A stretch of 60,126 nt of DNA, filler included, from Dirinaria sp. TL-2023a (Eukaryota): NCBI GenBank assembly GCA_051941275.1. It is 2 parts of 2 records of this genome, joined end to end, with 100 filler letters (N's around TTAATTAATTAA, not from the genome) between each part and the next. Parts side by side here need not be neighbours in the genome. Positions count along the whole stretch, not along the records: positions 1 to 30,032 come from JAVEBF010000105.1; 1 more part is not named here. One strand, given 5' to 3'. The position numbers and the translations under genes were made by a program. How positions within the stretch are numbered: the first letter of the stretch is position 1; each line of letters starts with the position of its first letter. The notes below the pieces were generated by a model. That model searched no databases and had not been told where the DNA came from. It saw only the letters and a program-made list of their open reading frames with translations. This document shows, in pieces, positions 1 through 11,955 of the stretch.

Positions 1-234
1 GCTCGATGGAGAATTTCTTTTTCTCCTCCATCTCCTGCTTCTTATTTTTTCCCCAGTTGAGGCCAGCAGTTTAAGAACGCTTTTTTGATCTTGGTGCTAG
101 AGAAGCCTCTTTCGCACGAACTTGAACTTGTCATTGGGCTATTGGGGCGCTTGAACTACGTTGTTGCTCCTATCTGAATCAAGAGTCATCAAATCAACGC
201 TCGACGCAGATCTGTGTAAAGCAAGCTCGATTGG

Positions 235-960
235 TTGATGATGTCGAGAAAAAGACGATGGAATTGAAGGAACATCATAACAACGGTCGATTGTCAGTGG
301 CTCAAAACCATACTCTGCGCTGATTGATTCGACTAAAGAAGGTCGAGATTGAGTAGTAATTAGTCGGATACTGAAGTGACCTCCTGATTGAGTAGCTTAA
401 AGTTTCAAAACAGCGGATCTGGCTGTCGATCGTCATTGAATTTATCTCTGCAATGAGACGGATGTCGAGAAATAGACGATGAAAATGAAGAAACATTATT
501 GATGATGATCTAATCTCAGTCGTTCAAAAACACGTGAGACATGATAATTGTCTGCTCTCATGCCTTGGAACGGAGGCAGCTCGAGGCTGAATTGAGATCA
601 ATTGGACCTTGAAGTGACTCTTATTGATAATCTTGAATCTTGAAATTATTGAATTTTGCTGTCGATCGTTATTGAGTTTGTCTCTGCAATGATACGTTGA
701 TTGATGATGTCGAAAAAGAGATCATACAATTGAAAACATCATCGACAATGATCCGATGTCAACGGCTTAAAAAGATAGTTCGCACTGAGTGATTGCCCGC
801 ACTCAGATCTTGTGACGGAGGCATCTCGAGGCTGAAAGGAGACGAATTCAACATTGAAAGACTGCTCTCATTGATGAATTTCAATCTTGAAACTCTCAAA
901 TTTTCGTTTTTGTTCGTCATTTGATTTTCTCTCTGCGATGATCTGTCGATCAAACGGAGA
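235..960. repeat. Degenerate tandem repeat, ~220-250 bp period, about 3 copies
   Basis: Recurring anchors: GATGTCGA(G/A)AAA at 240, 461 and 706; TCTCTGC(A/G)ATGA at 445, 681 and 930; ACGGAGGCA(G/T)CTCGAGGCTGAA near 570 and 814. Confidence 0.7.
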
Positions 961-3900
961 AGCGTGAAGAAGATGTTGTCTTCACAAACACGGTATTTTG
1001 TTGAGTCTGTCATTTTGGTTTGAAATCTTTGATTTGCTCAATCAGCCCAGTTCACTCTGGACCCGAATATTAGAATATATGAGTACCATTCGGTTTGCCC
1101 AAGTTGATGTAAGTTTCGTCGCTGGACCGTTTCGAAATGCTCTGCGCTGAGGCAGATGTGAAATGCTCGTCTCTTCATCATCGATCATCGAGATCAAGGC
1201 CGAGACTGAGTGTTTAGTTGAATTGCTGGCGCCAGAAACTTTCCTTCTTTCAGTCTCGATGTTTCATCCAGAATTTCTGCCAGAATAAGCTTTAGTCTCC
1301 GCCCTAGCTCGAATAGCTCTGAATCCGGATATTGATATATTATGGATGATGTGGAGCAGCATTACTTTGTCATTTAGCGTGGTCTGATTATCTCCTCGCT
1401 GGAGCTAGAAAAGTATGCTCTCAAAATTCATCCCATCGACATATCCGCGGGAGAATTGCTGCTTTTGTGGTCTCTCGATCCATCAATCGTTCGATCTAAG
1501 TCCGCAAAAATCTCGAAACCCAATGCCACAACATTCAAATACTTCGTGCCTCAGTGTCTAATTTATCAGAGCGTTGAAAAATGCGGCTGAGTCACCAGAG
1601 ACTGCAGAAAGAGAGCGAGATTAAATCTGCAAGCATTCGGTCTCGCTGTATTTTGTGAGCGTTATGAAATCACTCTGCATGAGTATGATTTCAATTTCAT
1701 GATCATCAGCTTCTTCAAACCTTGAATATCGGTCAAGTCCAAGTATTTTCTCGTCGACCGATCGCTAAGATCTGCAACGATCCTCGAACGAGCAGCTTCA
1801 CATCAAGAGGACGCTTAGAATCGAATCTTGGACTTTGATCCAGGAGAAGTTTGATTTCATCATGCTTTCGGAGCGCATTGTTCTCTTAAGCATTGTTTAA
1901 AGAAGCTTTGTTCTTTCAATTTGAATCTGAATAAATAAGCAACTCGTCTTCTGTCGAAATTGGCGCTTTTCCTTTTGTTACGAAAATTGGAATGCTTGTA
2001 TTGATTAGCAGTGACTGACTTTTCACGATCTAATCTCATTTAATCGTATTCTTGGGGATCGTCAGATTATGGACACTGAGAATTGGAGTAGGATTGAGTG
2101 CGATGATTGACGTATCTTTTTTTAACAATGGAGCTCCTCAAATCTTGGTGTCGATTCTACGACGACACTTCTCATGTATAGAGTATATTACGCCTGATAG
2201 ACGTGATATATGGTCCAACTCGTTGGAGAGAACAGTGATCGATTTTTTTTCCTGACGCGTTTATCGTGGGCTCATTGTTGAAGACTTTGAGCTGCGAGAT
2301 AGGTTCTGGAAGCCATACAGATCATCCCCTATCAGCTTGGTGGGCTCGCGAGTGGTCGCTTGGATTACAAGAATTGAGAGCCCTCTAGTTCCGCGCTCAT
2401 TCTCAGGTATTTCTACGATTCGATTTCCATTAGGTGGCCCGAGTTGATGCTTCTAAGTACGGTTGAGACTTAGTTGTTCCCACTGGCTATACGTGACCTC
2501 GTTGAATCGATCAGGAGTTCCTAAATTCGATGAATGCCAGCCAGTCAGATGCAGCCAGTACATCGCGAGATAATCCAACTTCGTCACTGATCTTATCCAG
2601 ATCCAAGCATATTATGCTGTTGGGAACCACGAGAAGTCTCTTAATCACGAATTGGAGCGTCTTCTTTCTCTTATCGTTCTGAATTCGTACTATTATTCGA
2701 CCAGCTCGAAGTGTGCTGGATTGGAATATTTGTTATGCACGGATCCCGCTTCAGTAGGCTTGTCCTTGGACTTCTTTCTGATACTTGACTCAGACTATTT
2801 TCCATTGCTCGAATTCCAAGTGGCAGTACCTATGAATGCCGCGTAAAGGAAGAGAATAAGTTGTTAAGGGATCAAGCCTATGGCAAGATCTGTCGACTGT
2901 CAGCTTGCGTAGAAAGATCCGGGGTTGATTATACCCACTGGGTACCACACTGAGTACTGTCGCATCTTGGAACATTTCTCCATGTTTTGCACTTCAAGAT
3001 GCTCACTCAGTGCTCTAATATTCTGGTTATCGAAAGAGACAATGACCGAGCTGTATTGATAGATAGTATTGATCTTCTTGGAGTCCGACTCAATGGCCAG
3101 TAGGGAACATTCTGCGTCCCGAGCTGCTTCATACGCGGGAGTTCCCCAGGCTTTACGCATGGTGTCGTAAGGCGATAGTACAATACTGGCTTGGTGGATT
3201 ATTGACAAACGGGAGCTCTTTCACTTGGCTTCTGAATGAGAGTTCTTGTTGTAGGATCTGTATTCCTTGCAGCAGTAGCGATCATTTGTATAGATCTTGC
3301 TCGGATGCGCAAATAGTTGGCCAGCAGTAATCAACAGTGCGTCCAGCAATCTCCCTCTGAAGTTTTAGTGTGCCGACTGAGCTTTCTGGACCAGCGTCCA
3401 GTGATTTCGAAGCGGCAGTAAGGTCGACATCGTTGTTCGCCTATCACTCCGAGTCTTGAATTTTCTTCTCAGTACACCCAGCGCCATGAGTGATAGTGAG
3501 ACAGATATTCATGCGCTCCTGGGGTTTTGAGTGGCTGTGGAGCGATTTTTGTGCGGCAGCCATGGAATGCCATCATTGCCATACTCTATTGGATTTATAA
3601 AGGATGCGTCCAGTGGAGTGGAATTCAACAGGGCTGCGGATTGCTCCACTATAGAGTGTGAAGGAGCATGTGGGTGGAGAGCGATAAGCTGGCTTTGATC
3701 CTCAGCCCAGAGGCAGGCTAGGTAGGGGGTTATGAGAGCTTTCGTTCGGTCGGGAACCGGGTGGCTGCGTTCTTAGCAGCAGCAGCGAGTCACTATGCTA
3801 CCCTTTTGTATGTCTTTTACTTGTACGAGACGCGCGGTGGCTCTCGGAAATCGGAGTCCAGGTTCTAAGCTGTGCAGAGTCTCCGCTGTGGCCGGAAGTG

Positions 3901-6900
3901 AGTAAAAGACTTCAACACCATGTAAGATTCCAAGCGACAACTTACTGCTTGTATTGGAAGCCAAGCTTAACCGACTCCAGGGTCTTCCAGATGCAGATGG
4001 TTCAGTTTGAGATGGTAGAGGATCAACCATACCACCTACTCATAGGTTAGAACGATTCGCATTTGAGGGTAACTAGTTTCACGTGGCCCACGCAACAAGC
4101 GATCATTTGGTCTATCCTGGGAAAGTCAGCAACCATGTTCGAGGATGAGGACAAGTTCTCTGGTCAGATACCACAGCGGGCTGTGCCGCAGGGTGCTTGA
4201 CTCTAGGATCGATGTGATCGCTTTGACCTCACATGTAAGATATTGATGGGAGGATAGCAGGTGTTCACTTACGACAGTGCGTGCATCGTTATGCCAACGC
4301 TATCGGTGGTAAATTGCTGTATTGGTGATGCTAAGATCATCTACCCTCCATAACCCGAGCCAGTAATGATACTGCATGAGCCATATTCGGTAGGTTTCTT
4401 ACCATGAGAGGGATCAGAGATCTGGAGGAGGAGTAACTCGTTGTCTGCCGCGTTGAGACATGAGTTCTGGTATCAGATGTATGGATGGGAGGTAGAGAAC
4501 AAGATCTAGGAACATATTTTGAAAAGTCTGGGGGGATTACAAGTAAGTAAGCGGGTCCAAAGGAATCTATTGGGTCTAGCAGCTTCCGTCAGTTTCCACG
4601 CCGAGCCACTGAGCAATTTGCTCGGCGCTGCTGTTGCCATCCATTGGCCATATCATTTTCCGGAAGAGTTGCATGGGAGACAGTGTTGAGCATGACGGGA
4701 TGGAGTAATGCGATGCTTTGAGAGTCCAAGACCAAGCAGTGGTGGTTAAATTATTAATTCGTCTCGGCTCATTCTGAAGGAAGACAAATTAGATATGAAG
4801 GAGACAAATAAGAAGCATGCCTAAAAGACAATCCTAATAAGGTCCTTGTCTGTGAATGTCCTGAAACATTGCATCCTTGTCTATTGATTGACAGAAGATC
4901 CACTCCAATACATATAATCAATGATGAAATCAATTTGGGCTTGTCTTGAAGCTGATGCATGGTATATAACTCTGTTTTAAACTTGACACTGTCTTTGGAG
5001 ATAGACTTATTGTAGATGTCTTGTTGTGTGCAATGAAGTTTATGCTATCTTCAACGCAACTCTATTATTCCAACATTCTCAATCGCACATAAAAGGATTT
5101 CAATTTTGGGAGTTATGGAGTACAGTGATTTTTTGTTTGACCTTCATTAAGTACTCAAAAATTGACTTTTGAGAGCAACCCACCCTGGTTTTAACAAATA
5201 GTCCTGTATGGACATGAAGCTTTCAAAGTGAGTGTTGCCACCTTCTTCGGAGTGATATACAATGTTAGATTCCTCGGGGATATTAGTAGCATGGTGGCAG
5301 TGTCGGTCCAGTCGACATTTTCTTTGAAAGCTTTTTCTGAGGCTCGCTGAGCTAGCATCCACAAGCCTGCTGAAGTCATAGCTGTGACGGTTAGGCGGAA
5401 TTCCTGGTAATGACAAGCGTTTCAAGGGTGATACATTGCCCAAACTGCGAGACTTAGCTACACTGAGAAGCGATGATGTATGTAGTAAAGCATGATGTGA
5501 GCACTCCTGATGTTCTGCTGGCAAGACGAGAATGGTGGCGAGAAGAAAGAAGAGCATGTGGTGATGTATATAGTAAAAAACGATGTCAGGAGAACACGCA
5601 TCATCTCACTCTTACCGCATGATGCTGCCTTGATAATAAGGGGCGGTGTATGTAAATTTACAAGACGATTTTCGAGACGACGCGATCTCAGATATTTGCT
5701 GTGCTATTGCGACGTTCTTACTCGCTGACTCATCTGCTTGCACACCGGCGTCCTTGTAGCTGTGCTTCTCCTTATTGACAAATTTTCGTGGCTTGACGTC
5801 CTCGATTTGCACCCCCATTTCCTTGATGCGACGCTTGTTCGTGAACACGTTTTTAATGTCACTTTTGAAGGTCTTCTTGTCATCGGAGAGCTGAATTTCA
5901 AGACATATCTTCTTGAACGATACGAGCCACGAGAAGCCCAAAAGGGTGACAAGAAAGCTGTGTGCAATGCAGTGAGATTCATGAAGCATCTGCTTGAGTA
6001 GAACAACAGCAAGAAGCAGGCATGATGTCAAAAGCGACAAGCACACAATAGCGGCAAAGAAGTTGTCCCGGTGCAATGCTAACTTGAGATTCGGTTGAAA
6101 TAGTACAAGAGGCTTACGTTGTGCGACGAAGTTTGACAGATTGCCGGCCGCAGGTTCTATAGGCATAGGCAGCGTCAGTACACTGAGATTCTCCAGAGGA
6201 GCTGCCAGCTCCTTGACTTCAACCAGTGGCAGGACGTCGAACTGTTCAGACGATTTCTTAGATTAGTCACTGGCTCAGCATATAATGTTAAATAAGGGGA
6301 ATGGATACTTACGAGAATTAGCCACCCTTGATTTATGGGCATTATGGGAGTACTTCTTTGACGATAGAAGAGTCGCCAATCAAACTTCTGATGAAAAAGC
6401 TGATCACGCATGTAACGGGGACCGCAACTCAAGCATGCATGATAATGTCAATGATCGGTGACTCCGTGGACGGTGCAAAAGCACGAATGAGAGAGCGAGA
6501 TCCAAGTACTCAACTCGTGGGAATGGTTGCAGTAATGTCCAGCCGGCTCAGAGCAGGAAACTCAAAAAGTCGAACAGCTGTAGAGCCAGGTAAGAATGAT
6601 ATACTTTTGATTAGCACCATTTTTGCTGTGACGCATCCAAAGAGACCAAGGTTAAAGGCTGTCTATTGTCCATGTTGACCATTGCCAGGAGTAAGTGAGT
6701 TTCTAATCCTTGCCCTTATTGTACTGTGGATTGCAGGCTAAGCAAAGCTTAAAATCTCTATTGCTCAATCTCTGATCTGCTCAATCGCTTCACGATTGAC
6801 GTCGGTCTGGGAAGAAGCCTGCGTACCTTGTGGATTGATCCATGAGCTAAATATGCTCCGCAGGTAGGACTGGATACATGGGTATGCTGCTGAGATGCGT

Positions 6901-7053
6901 CAATGCAGCTTGTGCTGCGAAAGCGTAACAAGAAGTATATATTATAATGATTCTTCAACACGTCAGGTAGAATAAAGGAAGAGTTGTAAAATGTCAGAAA
7001 AAAAACCCAGAAATCTTAGTATCTGTGAGGGAGTTTAAATAGCAAACCCATCA

Positions 7054-7190
7054 GCAGGTGTTGCTCAGATTCTTCATCTCTGCTCTCGGTGTTAAGAAAT
7101 CACGAATAGGATCAATCGCATATTCATACATGATATTCGTCTGCAGGTGTTGCTCAGATCCTTCATCATTTCCTCTCGTGTTGAGCGATA
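7054..7190. repeat. Short degenerate direct repeat (89-bp offset)
   Basis: GCAGGTGTTGCTCAGAT(T/C)CTTCATC at 7054 and 7143, with similar downstream sequence. Confidence 0.65.
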
Positions 7191-7354
7191 GGAATCAAAA
7201 ATTCATGTTAAAGATATTTGAAAAATAAGTGAAAAATGATTGAAGACCTGGGGGTTAGAAGATGAAAGGGTTTCCTGAGAGACATAGTGCGTGTAGGTTT
7301 TCCTCCATCGAAAATCGGTAAGACAGTGACTCACAGTGACCAAGGCCATCTACT

Positions 7355-8386
7355 CTACAACATGGCCTTCTCCGCAAGTGCGTATCTCACGACCATGCCC
7401 TTGGCTTTACCCACTGCTGCCTTGCCCTTAATTACTTTTCTCAGAATTTTCCTATTGGCGCTCTTGGGTATCTCCTCGACGAATTCTTTCTCTTTGATCC
7501 ATTTATGCCTTACGTTGCGCTCTTGCACGAACCTGATCAACGCATTACCTATCATATCATCAGCCACTAAACAAGGCTTAAGTACGACGTAGGCTTTCGG
7601 TGATTCGCCTGAGTAATTATCATGAGTACCAAATACTGCAACGTCCTCGACGCGATGGTAGCCAAGTAAAGGATCTTCGAGCTCTGAGGGCGCTACACCA
7701 ATGCCATTGGCTTTGATCATGTCCTTGGTACGATCGACAATGGTGATACAGCCCTCCTCGTCCATATTACCTTGATCGCCGGTATGCAGCCAGCCGTCGC
7801 CATCAAAGGTCTCACGAGTCGCCTTTTCATTATCTAAGTAGCCATGAAACACTGTGGGCTTCTGGCGAGAATTTCGCCAGCTTCGCCAACCCCTGCCTCT
7901 GAGCCGTCTTCTTATCATCAAGAACTCAACCTTTGCAACCTTCAAGGCATAGGTCATCTCCTCAACTTTCTATGCTGGTGAAGCACCTGATAGGACTCCA
8001 CCTATTGACGCATTTATGAACGCCTGACGTCGACGACTGGGAGCGGCCTCAGATATACTAGCCCTCAAGGTGCCTAGCATTGCGACAGGATACCATATTG
8101 TATTTTCGCTGAACAGCGCTATTGTTCAATTTTCTTGCAGCCCATATTTTGATACTAGAGCAGTAGATACCCATGTAGTGCATTCCTTCACATTTCTCCA
8201 ATTGATGCGCTCTTTTGTAATGGCATTTTGGTAGCCACCAAGCTCACGATCAGGTATACCGCGGCATAGAGAGGAGTATTCAGAATCGAAAAGCCAGTCC
8301 CATATCATGAGTTCTGTAGGCACTGTAAACTCCTTATGTAAGCAGGAATTATTCTGACCAATTGGTACATAGAGGGTGGTATACAT
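7355..8386 (-). pseudogene. AMP-dependent acyl-CoA ligase (4-coumarate/phenylacetyl-CoA ligase-like) pseudogene
   Basis: C-terminal motifs GYLDNEKAT, GWLHTGD, IVDRTKDMIK, VAPSELE and IPKS.N.KILR. The N-terminal part has stops at 8126-8128 and 7970-7972. The central AMP-binding (SSGTTG) region is missing, with a junction near 7915 and a frameshift near 7855. Confidence 0.85.
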
Positions 8387-8955
8387 ACACTCGATATCGG
8401 GCAGCATAGACTTGAAGAGCATGATGCGGAGCTGCAGAGGACGTAACAAGGGGTTGAATCAGTGTGACAGAGAAATGCCGCTTGAAGGCTCCTTCTCGGA
8501 AGATGGCCCCTTCAGATCGCTGATGTCGCTCTTACCTGGTGCACGGCCAATGCCTCATGTCGTCTTCAGTTGGCAGGACAAGTCTCAAGATGCGGGGAAA
8601 GCACGCGACTGGGTAGGTCAAACAACCGACTGTGCGTCGCGAACATTCAGCACGATGCTTGCAGCGTGAAAATCCCAGGCTATCTCGACGAAAACGAAAA
8701 TTGTGATAGGATTATAGTAGATCTCAGTACAAAGCAATGCAGCGCGAATTTCGCATCCACGTCGTTCAGCTAGCGCCGGTTTTAAGAGAGTCTCCTAGCC
8801 GAGATAGGCCGCTCGGCCCCTACAGGCAAGCTAAATTCTGGTCACACACCTTAGCTTAACTGAAAGATATTAAGGTATCTGCTGTGTCGATTGCTTGTCA
8901 TTTATATCGACAACCTCAACGGATAGTGTCTCTACCCACCTTCATCGAAATTAAC

Positions 8956-10232
8956 TCAAAAGATGGCAATCGCTCCTGGCGGGCTTCCAACGCCGCCTTT
9001 GACATGCAATGGTGCACTTGTCAAGAAAAAGCTCCACCTCGAATTCTGCTCACATTTCTTACTCAGCGCTTCCAAATCCCACATTTCGCCAATCGGTGTG
9101 CCCCACTGTACAAGCAACCATTCATGCAAGCACCATCCACACTCCATGTCTGGTGGCCAAGCTTCAAACGTCATGCTATCACCACCGACTGCTGCGAAGT
9201 GTTGGTCATAAAGCCAGCGAACAGTGGCCTCACTCCCTTGGAGTCCGATGGTGTCTGATTTTTCTTGAGTACCTCGCCTCCGTTCGTCAGGGTTGGCGAA
9301 ATTGTGCCAGCGCACGTAGCCCGAACGGACGAGCATGATGTCGCCCACGCGCGTGGTTGTACCTTGGTATTTGAGCGTCTCCTCGATCTCAGAAATAGGT
9401 ATCTCATGGCGGCTTGCGGGTAATGGTGGGTTTCCGTGCGTATTTTCGTACCAGCGAAGCTGCAAGCAATCAGATTGGATCGTTTCTCGCACGCAATGTA
9501 CCAATTTGGCTCACCCAATCTACGAGAATACCGCGGCCGACGATGCCACCTCGCTCGCACAAGTCTATCACATGGTCAGTCGAGGAGTCTTTGCAGATTC
9601 TATTGATACGCAGCTCACTATGAATGCCATTGGTAGTAGATGTTGTGGCTTTTTCATGAGAGAGGCCATTGTAATACATGCCAGTTTTCTGGTGAGCGAA
9701 CTGTCCAAGATTTAAGCAAGTGCTTCAGAGAACGCGTTGACCACCTAGGTGCTTACATGCTTCAGACTGTCCCATTGGGAGCTTATTTGGGTGTTAAAGT
9801 GTAACTCGTCATCGAATGCTCGGAAGCCTAGTGGGGGCAAGAGATCCTTGAGATTCTGTTTGAATTCCTGTCGACCGAATCCGCCGAACTGAATATTGTC
9901 GAGCGACCAATCTAACTGTACATGCTCTCCAGTAGAGATTTCGCGGCTTGCTTCCTTGACTACTGCCGGCGTCAAGAGATTAATAGCTTCGATACTTAGT
10001 TATCCTCGATCAAGTGATGCATATAGGTATTCAATTACACACATCCGACTTCATCCTTCTTCTGTCCTTTGTCAAAGAATCCCCACAGACACCCTTGTGG
10101 CTGACCTTCGACCTTCGGTAGGTCGTCAAAGGAAGGTATGCCGGGAGAGGGGCGTCTGGTGATGGTATTAGCCATTGCAGCCAAACGGTCACTGGCGACT
10201 TGAAGTCGACTTTTGCTGTTACTCGCGGTCAT
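8956..10232 (-). CDS. Cyclase-family metal-dependent hydrolase (kynurenine formamidase-like), 5 exons, intact
   Basis: Splicing at four GT-AG introns gives WGFFD...DEVGSINLLTP, DDELHFNTQISSQWDSLKHFAHQ, GGIVGRGILVDW, GDIMLVRSG, AAVGGD, LHEWLL..WGTPIGEMWDLE and GGVGSPPGAIAIF*. The start codon is uncertain. Confidence 0.88.
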
Positions 10233-11955
10233 TGCGCTCACAACCACCAATGCAATGGATCGAGGAATTGATTATCGTGCTAGGCGATCAATGCTTCCTC
10301 GTGCGTACGTACATCCATCATAGGATGGTATCAATAATGCTAACGTCACTGATCATTGGCGGGGTAAATGGGGGTCCGTGCGATCTGCCGAAGTACATGG
10401 AACTGTCTTTTAATCAAAATGGTTTCGAGGTTGTAGTTGGACAGAGACGGGAACCTGCCTTAGTAGACCTTCCGGTAAGAGATGCCAGTCTCAAAAAATG
10501 CTCCACGATATACGTACCTAGGAAAGTACACCACCCTACTTTCCTCGTGTACTACCCCTCCTACTAAGAAAGTTCAGGTAGTCTCTCATTACTACAAGAC
10601 CAGAGATCATTAAATGGGTGCTTATACAAGCACTTGTTCAAGCCATAGTCGATGGCAGTAACATCGATCAAGTCGTCAAGCAATTCAAGGTAAGGTAGTC
10701 TTGTCTGCCGCTTTAGCGCGCAACCTGGGTGGGCAGAGATGAGACCGCACCTGGAGAAGGTGATCCACCTTCCACCCTCACCCTCCTATTGACCTTGCAT
10801 CCTTGTATAGCAACGAAGAGATGGCTCTAAAGATAGCTGCTACTATAACTCAGAAGAAGGATTGGCCATTTTATTTTGGTAACTGCCTTTTCTGTCAAGG
10901 TCTTAGATATTAAGGTGGTTAGAACGTACCAAATCTCCGTGGCGGCTCAACAGTGATCTTTTGACCTAGAGCAGCTCTTAGAGGAACCCTCACCGCTCTA
11001 ACCATGACAGGTGCAGAGCACCATTTTGAATAGTAAAGATGATAGCAAGGCCTGCGTTACACGGTTTAGGGAAATTTCGAGATGCTTTGTACGAAATAGG
11101 TATCCTGTCTTTGGTCACATGGATGCTCCCAACGAGGGCGCGGTATTTGTTACAATCTGCGATACAGCACTACACTTTTTCAACGACTCCCTTTACAATA
11201 CCTACGTGCCTTGGCACCTTATGATTCATGCCTCCGACTCAGATTGCAGATCTTTAATCCAATCGGTCTTGCAATTCCAGGCCTGTGCACGTTCATCCGG
11301 TGAACAGTCTGACACCGACGCATTAAATAAAGAAGACACTCTCGTCTCGAGAACTTGAGTTTTTCAGTAATTAGTTTTGACAAAAACCGAATTATTGTTT
11401 CTCGTACTGTTGCACATTGTCACATAACCTAGACTAGTACTTGAATTCTCCAACGAGCTCATTGTTAGCTTATAGTATCACTGTTACAATTCTCATGATT
11501 CGAAATTATGTCGAGGTTTTGTTATGACCGCTCATCTTAAATCGTTATAATCTTTCATAATGTATGTTGAATGAGTGATGGTAAATATCATGAACAACGA
11601 ACCATGTAACATTAAGAACGAGAGGCAAGACGGGTGTGGAGTTAGTCTGAAATACAGTTTCATATCACTTCCAAAATCCAAAACTATGACTAACTCTGAT
11701 GTTCAATCAACATCGACTCAAAACCGTTCTAAAACCAGGTTGAAGAATGACGTACTGCCCGCAAGGTAAGGCAGTCTCTTGGCTATCACATTGTATCCCT
11801 GTGGGTGTCCAGGCACTGCCACAAAGTGGCATTGTGCTAGCTTTGTCCGTTTCATCACTGTGTACCTTAATCTGAGTAGGCATATATAGTGAATCAGAAG
11901 CCTGAGGGAGGCTGGTATACTTTTTCTGGAATTGCTCAATTTCTCTTTGTTAACC

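Noticed and set aside
1000..3600. Possible long decayed minus-strand gene (including ORF 2900-3208)
   Set aside because: Many stops and no recognisable domain; cannot support a call.
5147..6680. ORFs 5612-6166 (-), 5191-5379 (-) and 6328-6678 (+)
   Set aside because: Partly protein-like, but no family motif and no consistent splice model found.
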